Source of the DNA: Minisyncoccota bacterium
Lineage (GTDB): Bacteria; Patescibacteriota; Minisyncoccia; Phycocordibacterales; SBAW01
NCBI GenBank assembly: GCA_035549255.1
Contig: DASZRD010000009.1
Location: 49,071 to 113,070 of the forward strand
DNA: 64,000 nt
Direction: 5' to 3'
Position 1 is the first letter of the stretch; each line of letters begins with the position of its first letter. This document shows, piece by piece, positions 1-15,000 of this stretch. A model generated the notes under the pieces. The model ran no database searches. It saw only the letters and a program-made list of their open reading frames with translations, and had not been told where the DNA came from. The position numbers and the translations under genes are program-made.

Positions 1-3000
1 GCGGTCGTGGGCGACAACAGCTTCACCTTCGACGGCACGACGCTCAATGCGCCGGCCGCGGTCTTTACGACGCTTACCAATCTCGGCTCCGCCAATCTCG
101 GCACGGTCTCGACCGGCGTGTGGCACGGCACCGCCATCGCCGACTCGTATGTCGCGGACAATCTCACGATCAGCGGCGGGACCATCAACAACACGCCGAT
201 CGGCGCTGCGACGCCTTCGACGGCGGTCTTCACCAATGCCACAAGCACCAACGCGACGACGACCAATTTCTATGCCTCCGGCCAGACTCGCCTCGGCTCG
301 CTCACCGGCCTTGTTTCCGCAAACGGCGGCATCGTTACCGCGGTCGCGACCAACACGCTCGGGCTCCTCGGCTCGACCAGCCTCTCCGCAACCGCGCCGC
401 TCGCGTACAACTCATCGACCGGCGTCTTCTCGATAAGCCAGGCGAGCGGCAGCCAGGACGGCTATCTTGCTTCTGTTGACTGGACGCAGTTCAACAACAA
501 AGTTTCCTCGACCTCGCTCTCCGCAACGGGGCCCCTGGCATACAATCCCGCGACCGGCGTCTTTTCGCTTGACCAGGCGGGTACCTCGCAAGACGGTTAC
601 CTTTCCTCGGCAGATTGGAACGTATTCAATAACAAGATTTCTTCCTCGAGCCTGTCGGCGGCCGGCCCGCTCTCGTACAACTCTTCGACCGGCCAGTTCA
701 CGATCTCGCAGGCAAGCGGCTCGCAAAATGGTTACTTGAGCTCTGGTGATTGGACCATCTTCAACAATAAAGTTTCTTCAAGCTCGCTCGCGCTCGTCAT
801 CAACCAGGCGTACCCGTTCCCGCAGGCGGGCAATGGCACTTCGACGCTCACCCAGTTCAACGGCGGCATCACCGCCTACGCTTCGTCGACCATCTCGGCG
901 CTAACGTCTATCTTCGCGACCACCAGCAGCTTCGCGATACTCAACGTGCCCTCGGCGCTCCTTACGACCAATGCACAGGGCCAAGTCGTCGCAACTTCGA
1001 CGCTGGGGGTCGCCTATGGCGGCACGGGATCTTCGACGCTCGGCGGTATCCTCATCGGCAACGGCCGCGGTAGCGTCACCTCGGCAAACGTGTCGGCGCC
1101 GCTGAGCTTCTCCGGAAATACGCTCTCGATCCAGGCTGCGAGCGGCTCGCAGAACGGCTATCTCTCGAGCGCCGATTGGACGACATTTAACAACAAAATT
1201 TCCTCCACTTCGCTTTCAGCCGCCGCGCCGCTGTCCTACAATAGCTCGACCGGCCAGTTCACGATCTCGCAGGCAAGCGGCTCGCAGAACGGCTACCTTT
1301 CTTCGAGCGATTGGAACTCCTTCAACGCGCGCCTCTCGACGACGACGCTCGGCCTCTTCGACAAGGGCTACTTCTTCTCGACGACGTCGGCCGATTATTA
1401 TCTTTCGCAGCAGAGCCTCGTCGGATTCTCGACCACGTCGGCTAATTACTGGAAGACGCAGAATAACTTCTTCTCGACCACCTCGGCGATCTACTTCGCC
1501 AATGCTTCGACCACCATCCCCAAGACGTACACCGCCAATACCTTCACCGGCGCGCAGACCTTCCAGAACGGCATCACGACTAACGCGCTCTCGGTAGGCT
1601 CCCTTACCGGCCCCTTGCAGGCGATCGGTGGCGTCGTCTCCTCGACCTCGACGCTCTCGATCATCTACGGCGGCACCGGCACCTCGACGCCCCCTACCTA
1701 CGGCAAGGTACTCCTCGGCAATGCGCAGGGCGGCTACGATTTGGTCGGCACCTCGAGCCTCGGCCTCATCACCAACAACTCGCTCTCGGCGATTGTACCG
1801 CTCCAATACAACACGGGTACGGGCGTCTTCTCGATCCAGAACGCCAAGGCGGACTCCTCGACGCTCGGCGCCGCAACCTTCGCGTCGAACGACTTCAACG
1901 ACAACGGCTCGGGGCTGATCTCGATCGACTACGCGAACGCGCAGAAGGCGACTGGGAGCCAGGCGGGCCTTCTCGCCAGCTCCGATTGGAATGTCTTCAA
2001 TAACAAGATATCGTCCTCCTCGCTCTCGGGCGCCTCGGTCATCGCGTACAACGGCACGACGGGCGTCATCTCGACGCAGGCGGGGACCTTCGGCGGGAAC
2101 GCAAGCAGCGTGTACACCTTCCCGGGCGACCTCGTCACCACGGGCACCGCGACGACCACCAATCTTTACATCGGCGGTACGATAAGCGGCGCCAACCTCT
2201 CCTCCTGCTCGGGCGCATCAGATAAATTGCTCTGGAATTCCTCGACGCAGCAGTTCTCCTGCGGCACGGACGCGGGCGCATCCGGCTCGGACGTCAACTG
2301 GACGCACTTTAACAACAGCGGTATCCGCGTCACGACCGCGACCGACCAGGTGCTCATCGGCTTCACCTCGACCTCGAGCCTCAGCAAGCTCGAAGTACAC
2401 GGCGGCGCGACGATCGACAACGCGACGACGACCAACCTGGTTACTACCGGCGTCGCGTATTTCAGCGGCAATGTCGGCATCGGCACTACGTCGCCCTATC
2501 AGAGCCTGACCGTCGCGTCGGGTAATATCCTCCAGGTCGCCGGCAGCAACCCGACGCTCGCGACCTCGACGGCCGTCGGCGGCTCGACGTACGGCGTATA
2601 TACCTCGGGCAACTACGCGTACGTCGCGGCCGGCAGCGTGCGCATCGTCGACACGACCCAGCCGGGAGCCTCGAAGGTCGTCGGCTCGTATACGGGCACC
2701 ACGCAAGCACAGTCGATCGTCGTCTCGGGCAAGTATGCCTACGTTGGCGATGCGAGCGCGGGCCTCGCGATCCTTGATGTCAGCAACCCGGCAAGCCCGA
2801 CGCTCGTCGGCAGCCTCAATTACTCGACCGTGGGCCACCCGCTCTCGATAGCGCTCTCGGGTCGCTACCTTATCGTGCCGGACTTTGATTCGGGCAAGGT
2901 AAGCGTCGTTGATATCGCGAACCCGGCGGCTCCGGCAGTGGTCGGTACCTACACCACCGGCGGCGCGCCCGCGACCGTCGCGCTCTCGGGCAAGTACGCC

Positions 3001-6000
3001 TACATCGGCGACCAGGCGGACGGCAATATATATATAGAAGACATCAGCAACCCGGCGAAGCCGGTCGCACTCTCGCCCTACACCGGTCTCTTGGGCCCGC
3101 AGGCGATCTACATCTCCGGCCGCTACGCCTACGTGGCTGACATTGCAGGCGGCCTCTACGCGCTCGACATCAGCAACCCTGCGAGCGTCTCGCTCGCAGG
3201 GTCGAAGACTGGCACCGGCTACTACACGGTCGAGGTTGCGGGCGACTACGCGTATGTCACCGATTCTTCGGGTAATCTCGTCGTTCTTGACGTTCACAAC
3301 CTTGGCAGCATTACGACCGCAGGCACGTATGCCACTGGCGTGAGCCCGCGCGGGCTTGCGCTCTCGGGCAAGTACGCGTACGTCACCTCCGGCAACTCGA
3401 CCCTCAAGGTGGTCGACATCAATGGCGCCAAGCTCCCGGCGGCTTCCATCGGCACGATTGAGACTAATAGCATCAATGTCGCCGACGCGGTCAAGGTTGG
3501 CGGCGACGGCTTCTTCGGCGGCGGGCTCAATGTCGGGGCTAGCGGCATCTTTAGCCGCGGCGGGCTCGCGGTGCTCGGCTCCACGACGCTGACCGACCTT
3601 ATCGCCAAGAATGCGACTACGACCAACGCGACCTCGACCAATCTCTATGCGTCTTCGCTCATTGCGGGCAATGCGACATCTACCAACCTCTCTGTCTCGG
3701 GCGTGGCCTCGACGTCCAACCTTTATATCTCCAACCTTGTCGCCGGCGCTCTCGCTATTACTGCATCAGGGAAGGCATACAGCTTCTCGACCTCAACGTG
3801 GACCTTCGCTTCGTCAACACTTCTCGGCGACAGCAACACCTTCTCGGGCGGCAATAAATTTACCGGCAACACCACGCTTGCGAATGCTACCTCGACGAAC
3901 TTCGCGCTCACGAACATCACCAACGCGCTGCTTTCTACAAACGCAAATGGTTCGATAATCCCGACTACGATCTCAAGCCCACTTACCTTCAGCGGCAACA
4001 CGCTTTCCATACAGCAGGCGACCGCGTCGCAAAACGGCTACCTGTCTTTAACTGACTGGAATACCTTCAACGACAAGATTTCCTCGACAAGCCTCTCGGG
4101 TGCGTCGGTCATCTCGTACGATTCGTCCTCCGGCGTCATCACCACACAGCCGGGCACCTTCGGCGGCTCGGGCACGTACGCATTCCCGAACGATGTTCAG
4201 GCCAACGGCAATATAACTGCCGAAGTCGATGGCGGCGCAAGTTCCGGCCCGAATATAAATCTCGTAAACTCGGGCGGCTTCGGCGTCGGCGGCATCAACT
4301 TCTTCACCTACGCGGGGCAGACGGTGCCTTCGGCACAATGGGAGGCCGAGGATGTCGGCAACTGGACGGCCGATCAGATCTTCTCGACGAGCGTCGGCGG
4401 AGGGACTGATGCACCGCTTGCGGCCCGCCTCATCATCAAGGGCACGACCGGGTATGTGGGCATCGGCACCACCTCGCCTCTCACGACGCTCTCCGTCGGC
4501 GGCAATACCTACCTTGGCGGCAGCCTCACCGCTACGGGCACGGTGCAATTCTCCAACCTCGCGGCGGGCGCAGTTGCCGCAACCGCCAACGGCCAGCTCT
4601 ACACCTTCTCCACATCGACGTGGACCTTCGCTTCTTCGACGCTCCTCGGCGACAGTAATACGTTCTCTGGCAATGATACGTTCACCACTGCTCCCAAGCT
4701 CGGCTCTCTGACTGGTTTGGTGGCAGGTAACTCGGGCAATCTCTATGGCCTGTCTACTTCGTCGCTCAACGCCTCGATCACCGGCCAGGCAGGCAATGTA
4801 GCCAACAGCGTCACGTTCAACAACGGCGGCTCGGGCGCCTCAAGCGGCTCGACGTTCAACGGCTCATCGGCCGTCACGATCTCGTACAACACCATTGGTG
4901 CGGTCCCGGCAACCCGTAACATCAACACTACCTTCCCGCTCCAGGGCGGCGGTTCTCTTGCCTCTGACCTCACCATTACCTCTGCCTTCGGTACCACGAC
5001 CACCACCGGCCTTACGCCGAACCAGATCCTCTACACCAATGCCAACGGCGTTCTTACCACCGCGGCGTCCTCGACACTCAACCTCCCGAATGCCGCGCTT
5101 CAGAACTCGAGTGTCACGGTCAACGGCATCACCTGCACGCTCGGGAGCACCTGCACCGTCGCTTCGACGACCCTCCTTGCTAACAGCAACATCTTCAGCG
5201 GCAACAACACGTTCACCGGCAACACGACGCTTGCCAACGCCACCTCGACTAACCTCGCGCTCACGAACATCACGAACGCGCTGCTCTCGACCAACGGCAG
5301 TGGCTCCATCATCCCCACCACAGTCTCTTCGCCGCTCACGTTCTCGGGCAATACGCTCTCGATCCAGCAGGCGAACGGCAGCCAGAATGGCTACCTCTCC
5401 TCGACCGACTGGACTCAATTCAACAACAAAGTCTCTAGCTCGTCGCTCGCGACGATTATCAACTCCGCATACGAGTTCCCAGGCAATGCAACGTCAACGC
5501 AGCTCACATTTAACGGCGGCCTTGTTGCTACGGGCGCAACTACAACCAACCTTGCGGTCACCGGCACTGCATCGACCTCCAACCTCTTCATCTCGAATCT
5601 CGCAGCAGGCGCGCTCGGTATTAACGCATCAGGGAAGGCGTACAGCTTCTCAACCTCGACGTGGACTTTCGCATCCTCGACGCTCCTCTCTGACTCGAAC
5701 ACCTTCAGTGGTAATAACAAGTTCACCAATCCCATTACGCTCGGCACTCTCAACGGCCCGCTCCAGGCCAACAACGGCGTCGTCTCGGCAACCTCGTCGG
5801 TCGGCGTCCTCTACGGCGGCACGGGCCTCACGAGTGCGCCTTCATATGGCAATATCCTCGTCGGCAATTCGTCGGGCGGGTATACGCTCACCGCTACGTC
5901 TTCTCTCGGCCTCGCATCGCTCTCATCCTTCTCCGCCACTGCGCCGCTCTCGTACGATTCTTCAACTGGTGTCTTCTCGATCAGCCAGGCCAACGGCAGC

Positions 6001-9000
6001 CAGAACGGCTACCTTTCTTCGGTTGATTGGACTGCCTTCAACAACAAGATCAGCAGCACGAGCCTCTCGGGCGGCACGGGCATCAATTACACCAGTTCGA
6101 CCGGCGTCATCACCAACACCGGCGTCATCGCGGTCGGCCCGGCAGGCCAGACGCAGAACGGTACGGTAACGATCGCTTCGACCACCGCATCGTTTAACGG
6201 CCTTACCTTCGGGGTGCAGACTGTTGGCGCGGCCGGCACGCTCACCAATACGCCGACCATCGCTGGCACGCTCGACAACTCGGGCCTCACGCACTCGACC
6301 ATCGGTCTCGCCGACGCCAACTCGACGCTTACGGTTTCGGGCTCTCCGGCTGCGCTCGGCGCCAGCCTCTCCGCCACCCTCAACCTCGCGCACGGCAACA
6401 TTTGGACTGCGGCCTCGACCACCTTTGTCGGAGGGGTCACGATCGGCTCGGCCACGACGACCAACCTTGTCGCAACCAATGCCACGACCACTAACCTGGC
6501 GATCACCAGCCTTGCCAACACGCTTCTCTCCGTCAATGCGCAGGGGGCTGTGGTTGCCACCTCTTCGCTCTCGGTCAACTATCTTGCGGGCGTGCTGCCG
6601 GTCGGCAACGGCGGCACGGGCTCCTCGACGCTCGGCGGCATTCTCACGGGCAATGGCACGGGCCAAGTTACATCCGCACAGGTCTCGAGCCCGCTCACGT
6701 TCTCCGGCAATACGCTCTCGATCCAGGCTGCGAGCGGCTCGCAGAACGGCTACCTCTCCTCGACCGATTGGACGACATTTAACAACAAGATCTCCAGCAC
6801 GTCGCTCTCCGCATCCGCGCCGCTCTCGTACAATTCTTCGACTGGCCAATTCTCTATTTCGCAAGCCAATGGTTCTACGAACGGTTATCTGACCTCGAGC
6901 GACTGGACGCAATTTAATGCCAAAGTCTCAAGCTCCTCGCTCGCGCTCGTCATCAATCAGGCATACGAATTCCCGAACAACGCGACCTCGACGCAGATCG
7001 CGTTCAACGGCGGGCTTACCGCGGCAGGCGCCACGACGACTAATTTGAGCGTGAGCGGCACTGCATCGACTTCAAATCTCTTCATCTCCAACCTCGCTGC
7101 CGGTGCTCTCGGTATCAATGCGACAGGGAAGGCGTACAGTTTTTCTACCTCGACCTGGACCTTCGCTTCGTCAACATTGCTTGGCGACAACAACACGTTC
7201 TCTGGCACCGATACCTTCACCAACGCTCCAAAACTCAGCACGTTGACTGGCCTCATCAGCGGCAACTCTGGCACTCTCTATGGCACAGCGACTGGTACGG
7301 TTTCGGGTAGCAATGGTATCTCGGTCACCGCAGGCCAGTCGATCATCGGAAGCGGCCTCACGATCACAGCAACCAATGCCGTGGCAGATGCTTCGACCAA
7401 GGGCGTCGCCACGTTTGCTGCCAACGACTTCAACGACAACGGCTCGGGGCTCATCTCGATCGATTATGCAAACGGCCAGCTCGCGAGCGGCAGCCAGAAC
7501 GGCTTCCTCTCGAACTCTGACTGGAACTCATTTAACTCGCGCCTCTCGACCACAACACTCGGCCTCTTCGACAAGGGTTACTTCTTCTCAACCACTTCCG
7601 CGTCGTACTTCCTCGCACAGAATCAGGGCAACGCATTCTCCACGACATCCGCGATCTACTTCGCTAATGCTTCGACTACCATCCCGAAGACCTATACCGC
7701 CAACACCTTCACCGGCGCGCAGACGTTCCAGAACGGCATCACGACTAACGCGCTCTCGCTCGGCACGCTCTCGGGCCCGCTCCAGGCCAACAACGGCGTC
7801 GTCTCCGCCACCAGCTCGATCGGTGTCCTCTATGGCGGCACGGGCCTCACGTCAGCACCGTCCTATGGCACTATCTTGGTTGGCAATTCTTCGGGCGGTT
7901 ATACGCTCACCGCAACTTCGAGCCTCGGCCTCGCGGCGCTATCGTCCTTCTCGGCAACCGCTCCGCTCCAGTATGACAACACGACCGGCATCTTCTCGAT
8001 CACGCAAGCCAACGGTAGCACCAACGGCTACCTTTCTTCGGTTGATTGGACTGCCTTCAACAACAAGATCTCGAGCACCTCGCTCAGCGCCACCGGCCCG
8101 CTCTCGTACAATCCGTCGACCGGCGTGTTCGCGATCTCCCAAGCGAACGGCTCTACGAACGGCTACTTGAGCAGCACTGACTGGAATACGTTCAATCAAA
8201 AGGTTTCCTCGTCCTCGCTTTACTCGTACGTGGCAGGGAACAAAGACTGGCAGATAATAAACGGCGCCCTCAGCCCGACCACCACGCTCGGCATCGGCGT
8301 GTACGCCTCCTCGACCATCGGCAATGGCGCGCAGAGCGGCGGCCTCACCGTAAACGGCGGCGCGACAACAACCGGCAACGCGTACTTCGCGGGGAACGTC
8401 GGCATCGGTACCCAGTCGCCGAGCGCGCGGCTCGATATCAATGCTTCGTATACGACTACCGGCTTCCCGCTCAGCGTTAAAAATTCGGGGTATTACAACG
8501 CCTACTTCCAGGGCACGAACGCCAACAACCAGGCGTCCTTCTATATGGAGAATGACCGCGGCTCATTCGCATCCTACGGCGGATTCCTCTACGGCGGCTC
8601 TACCAGCGGCCTCTCGAACCTCTTCGGCGCGCCGCGCGCGGATCGCCTGTTCATGTTTGCCGATGGCGCATCGAACCTCGGTTATTACGTCGGAACCCTT
8701 ACGGCGCAGCCATTCGTGATCGGCACGAACAATCTTGAGCGCGCGCGAGTCGACGGCACGACCGGGTATGTGGGCATCGCCACCACGTCGCCGCTCACGA
8801 CGCTCTCCGTCGGCGGCAATACCTATCTCGGCGGCAATCTGACTGCGACCGGCACGGTACAGTTCACAAATCTTTCTGCTGGCGCGGTTGCCGCAACTGC
8901 CAATGGCACGCTCTACACCTTCTCCACCTCGACGTGGACCTTCGCTTCATCGACGCTCCTTGGCGACAATAACACGTTCTCTGGCAACAACACATTCACG

Positions 9001-12000
9001 AATGTTCCGAAGTTGGGCGGCCTGACTGGTCTAGTGGCAGGGAACTCGGGTAATCTCTACGGACTCTCCACCACATCCCTCAACGCCTCGATCACCGGCC
9101 AGGCAGGCAATGTAGCCAACGCCGTCACCTTCAACAACTCCGGCTCCGGCGCATCCTCAGGCTCGACCTTCAACGGCTCGTCGGCGGTAACGATCTCGTA
9201 CAACACGATTGGTGCACAGGTTGCTGGTACGTATGTCACATCAGTAGGTGCAACCTACCCGCTCATCTCTTCGGGCGGCACCGCGCCGGTCATCTCCAGC
9301 GCCTTTGGTACGAGTACTAATTGGGGTCTTGGTGCCAACGGCATCGTCGTAACCAATGCCAGCGGCGTGCCGTTCATTGCGGCGTCTTCAACACTCAACC
9401 TCCCGAATTCCGCGCTCCAGAACTCGACCATAACCGTCAACGGCATCGCCTTCAACCTCGGCGACAGCAAGACCATTACCGCCGCAAGCTCGACCCTCCT
9501 TGCTAACAGCAACACCTTCTCAGGCAACAACACGTTCACCGGCAACACCACGCTCGCAAATGCGACCTCAACCAACCTCGCGCTCACGAACATCACGAAC
9601 GCGCTGCTTTCGACCAATGGCAGCGGCTCCATCATCCCGACAACCGTCTCCTCGCCGCTCACGTTCTCTGGCAACACGCTCTCGATCCAGGCGGCGAGCG
9701 CTAGCCAGAATGGTTACTTAAGCAGCACTGACTGGACCCAGTTCAACAACAAAGTCTCTAGCTCGTCGCTTGCTGCTGTAGTTAATCAGGCCTATGAATT
9801 CCCGAGCAACGCGACTTCGACCCAGATCGCGTTCAACGGCGGACTTACTGCAACGGGCGCAACTACCACTAACCTCTCGGTCACCGGCACTGCATCGACC
9901 TCGCAGCTCTATATATCTAATCTCTCAACCGGCGGTCTTGGTATTAGCTCGACAGGGAAAGTCTACTCGTTTGCAACGTCTACCTGGACTTTCGCATCGT
10001 CGACGCTCCTTGGCGACAGCAACACCTTCTCCGGCAACAACACGTTCACCAATGCGCCGAAGCTCGGAAGCCTTACCGGGCTCGTGGCAGGTAACTCGGG
10101 CAATCTCTATGGCCTGTCTACTTCATCGCTCAATGCAAGCATCACTGGCCAGGCCGGAAATGTCGCCAACAGCGTCACGTTCAACAACGGCGGCTCGGGC
10201 GCCTCAAGCGGTTCGACGTTCAATGGCAGCGGTGCACTTACGGTTTCCTACAACACTATCGGGGCGCAAGTTGCGGGGACGTATGTCACTTCGGTCAATG
10301 CAACGTATCCGCTTCTCTCGAGCGGCGGCACCGCGCCGACAATCTCGACCGCCTTCGGCACCACCACCAACACCGGTATTGGCTCCAACCTCTTCATCTA
10401 TACCGACAACAATGGCGTCTTCAAGGGTGCCGCTTCTTCCTCCCTTAACCTTCCGAACTCGGCGCTCCAGAATTCGAGTATTACTATCAATACGAGCGGC
10501 GGACTCACCGGCGGTGCAGCGGTCTCGCTCGGCAACTCGATTTCGCTCGGCTGCCAGGCCGCATCGGGGAGCCAGGCGGGCTGCCTCTCCTCGACCGACT
10601 GGACGACGTTCAATAACAAAGTTTCCTCAAGCTCGCTTGCCGCGCTCAATTACGCCGCATATCCGTTCTACGCGGCAGGGAATGCCACGACGACCCTTAC
10701 GCAGTTCAACGGCGGCCTGACTGCGTATGCGTCGAGCACCATCGGCAACGGTATTCTCGGCCTTACCGTCAACGGCCCGGCGACGACGACGGGCAACCTC
10801 GTCGTGCAGGGAAGCGGCACCTCGACCATTGCGGGCAGCCTCTCGGTCTCCGGTAACCTCAACTTCAACGGCAACTTGCTCCAGAATGGCGTACCCTTCA
10901 GCTCGAGCCAGTGGATTACGAACGGCTCGAGCATCTACTACGGCACGGGCAATGTCGGCATCGGCACCTCGACTCCCTACGCCAAGCTCTCGGTCGCGGG
11001 CGATATCGTGGGCGGGACCATCAACGCCACTTCGACCACGGCCACCTCGACCATCGCGGGCAGCTTCAATGTCGGCAACGGAGCGCTTAGCTACGACGTC
11101 AATTCCGGCATCACTTCTATTAATAATCTCCAATTGGGCGCGCAGACCTTCGACGCCGACGCGGGCATCCTCTCGTGGATCGACATGCCGGTGACCTCGG
11201 CCTCTTCGGCCGGTACGGTAGAGTCTTACAGCGCCCAGATAGACGGCAACCCGCTCCTTACTATATATAGTCAGTCCGACGGCAGCGGCGGCATCCAGAA
11301 TGCGGCCGTAGGTATCGGCACTACCTCGCCGTTCGCCATGCTTTCGGTGCAGGGCAGCGGCTACCTCGCGGGCAGCCTCACGATCACGGGCATCACTGCG
11401 ACCGGTACGGTGCAATTGACCTCCCTCACTGGCGGCGCAGTTGCGGCCAACCCCAACGGCACGCTGTATACCTTCGCGACCTCGACGCTTACTTCCGCCT
11501 CATCGACCCTCCTCGGCGACAGCAACACCTTCTCCGGCAACAACACGTTCACCAATGCGCCGAAGCTCGGAAGCCTTACCGGGTTCGTCGCCGCGAACAA
11601 CGGCACGCTCTATCAGCTTGCCTCCTCCTCGCTCAATCTTCCGAACGCCGCGCTCCAGAATTCGAGCATTACGATTAACGGCACCGCCTTCAATCTTGGC
11701 GACAGCAAGACGGTCGCGGCTGCATCCTCGACACTCCTCGGCGATACCAACACGTTCAGCGGCACGCAAAACGCCTTTACTAACAAGGTTGGCATCGGCA
11801 CCACCAGCCCCCGCACGACGCTCCAGGTAGCGGCGGGCGGCTCGGGCATCCTGCCCCAGGCGAGCAGCATCGCCGCGTTCGAGAGCAACAGCAATGGCTA
11901 CATCTCCCTCCTCACTCCGGACAGCGCGGAGAACGGCCTCCTCTTCGGCAGCCCGACGGGGGGCAACGCCGACGCCGGGATCATCTACAACAACAATACA

Positions 12001-15000
12001 AACCTGCGCGGCCTCACCTTCCGCACCGGCGGCAACAACACCCACATGGTCATAGACTCCTCGGGCAATGTCGGTATCGGCACCACCAGCCCGGGTGCCA
12101 CCTTCGCCGTAGCGGGCGACGGATACCTGACCGGCGCTCTTACGGTCGGCGGCCAGACCACGCTTGCTGCATCGCTCAATGGCTTGCTCAAAGCCACGAA
12201 CGGCGTCGTCTCGGCTGCTGTAGCAGGAACCGACTACAGCAACTTCGCATATCCGTTCCCGCTCACCGGCAACGCAACCTCATCCCTTACCCAATTCAAC
12301 GGCGGACTCACGGCATATGCGACTTCCACGATCGGCAACGGCGCGCAGGCGGGCGGCCTCACCGTAAGCGGTGGCGCGACGACGACGGGGAATGCGTACT
12401 TTGGGGGGAATGTTGGTATTGGGACCAACGCCCCGACCAGCGCGCTCACGCTCGCACTGGGCAACTCGATCGCCCTCTACAATACCGCCGACCAGACGAC
12501 CAACTACGAGCGCGGCCAGATTGATTGGACCTCAAACGCTCTACGCATCGAGACCGTGGGCGGGGGAAGCGGCTCCAACTCGAGAAGCGTCATTCTCTCC
12601 TCCGGCGGCGCGAACCTGGTGACCGCATCCGCAGGTACGGTCAAGGTAACGCTCAACGGCGGCACCTCGGGCGTCGGCCCGGGCGTCCTCACGAACGGCT
12701 CCTTCAACGGTGCTTCGACTAATCAGGTCGTGCAGTCGATCGCGCCAACCTTCAACCAGTCGGGCACCTCGGGCTATACCGCGCTCTTGATCCAACCGAC
12801 CGAAACCGCCGTCGGCTCGGGGAATAAGTACCTTATCCAGGCCGGCACCAGCACGGCGGCGACGCTCTTCGCCGTCGACAACGCGGGGAATATCACCACC
12901 AATATCACCGGCTCGACGCAATGCCTCCATGTCAATTCGTCCGGCGTTATCTCGGGCACTGGGGCTGACTGCGGCGCCGGCGGCTCGCCGTTCCCATTCA
13001 CGCCGCTCGCGCTCGGCAACGCGACGTCAACCCTGCTTCTCCTCAACAACGGCGTCATTGCCGCAGCGTCTTCAACGATCGGTAATGGTACTGCCGCGGG
13101 CGGTCTCACCATTAACGGTTCAGCTACCTCGACTGGTACGACTACTATCCAAAACGCATTTGCGGTCACAGGCACCAACGGCGGCGTTCCGGTCTCCGGC
13201 GCCGGTACTCGGCTCGAGTTTATTCCTAATCTGGGTGCGCTCCGAGCTGGACAAGTTTCTAGCACCCAGTGGGATGCTTCAAATATCGGCACTTCTTCTT
13301 TCGCGACCGGGCTTGATACTACAGCCTCTGGAGGTTACTCGGCGGCTTTGGGTTATCGAGCGACGGCAAGCGGTGTAGGATCATTTGCCGGCGGCTACTT
13401 TACCGATTGTGGAATGGGTATTATCTCCAGCGGCATTGGCTCGTTTGCATACGGCTATCTTAATCATGGTGTAACAGGCTGCGCGTTTACCCAGATACAG
13501 GCCTCTGGAAATGGCTCAGTTGCTATGGGATATGCGCTTGCCGGTAGAACCATTACTGCTACTCAATCTGGTTCGATCGCTCTCGGTTATGCGAATAACG
13601 GAAGCATTACATCGTCCGGCATTGGTTCATTTGCGGTTGGTGATGGCAATATTACTTCTTCGGGCAGTGGTTCCGTGGCCTTGGGCTATGGCGAGAGCGG
13701 CCTCCTTAGTGCCACTGGACAGGGTGCAGTCGCGATTGGCGCCAATGTTAACGCTACCCAGAACAACGCTCTCGCTTTCGGCTCCTCGTTCACCAACAAC
13801 ATCGCATCCACCTTCCAGGTCGGATTCTCCGCGACACCGACACTCACGGTCACCGCGACGAATACCGGCATCGGCACCACGTCGCCGTACGCCAAGTTCT
13901 CCATCTCTGCCAACGGCAGTGACACCAATAGCACTCTCTTTGCCATTGCATCTTCCACGAGTGGTACTGCAACCTCGACCTTGTTTGCAGTCTCTAACAT
14001 CGGCACTATTACCACCACGCTCGGTGCTGGTGCAGTCGGTGTGAACTCCCTCGGCCAGCTCTACAGCTTCGCTACTTCCTCGGGTTCGGCGGCGTCATCG
14101 ACTCTCCTTGCCGACTACAACACGTTCTCCCACCTCCAGCAATTCAACGGTGGCTTCACGGCGTATGCTTCTTCGACCATTGGCAATGGCGCGCAAATCG
14201 GCGGGCTCACCGTAAGCGGCGGCGCTACGACCACGGGCAACGCGTACTTCGCGGGCAACGTTGGCGTCGGGACAGTATCGCCTGGCTCGACGCTCGATGT
14301 TGGCGGCACGGCGCAGCTGCGCGGCGCGGGCGGTGGGACGGGACTGTATGTCAACAGCAGCGGCAACGTCGGCATCGGTACTACTGGGCAGAATGCCAAG
14401 CTTGAGATCCGCCAGGACGGCAATGGAGTCCAAACCCAGCTCGTCTTGCGCAATAACCAGGGCTCGAGCAATGGCGCGACATCGCGCTTGGGCTTCGGCG
14501 TCTACCGCGATGTCGACGCAACGGCGCTCGGCGCCGCGATCGATGCGATCACCACAGCAGGCATCCCGAACGGCGACAACGCCGAGGGCGCGATCCTCGC
14601 CTTTAGCACGACTAAGGATGGTACTTCCGGCCTGCAGGAGCGCATGCGCATCCTCAACACTGGCAATGTCGGCATCGGTACCAAGAATCCTCAGGCAACC
14701 CTCGACGTCCAGGGCACTGCATCATCGAGCAACCTCTTCGTTACCAACGCTGCCACCACCACCAGCCTTGCGATCACTGGTCTTACTTCGCAGTCCTGCA
14801 TCGGTACCAACTCGCAGGGCCAAGTCGTCGCGGGCACCTGCGGCGGAGGCGGCTCACCATTCCCATTCACGCCGTCTGCGCTTGGCAACTCGACTTCGAC
14901 TCTGCTTCTCCTCAACAACGGCGTCATTGCCACAGCGTCTTCCACAATCGGTAACGGAACAGCGACAGGTGGGCTCACGGTCAACGGCAATTCGACGACG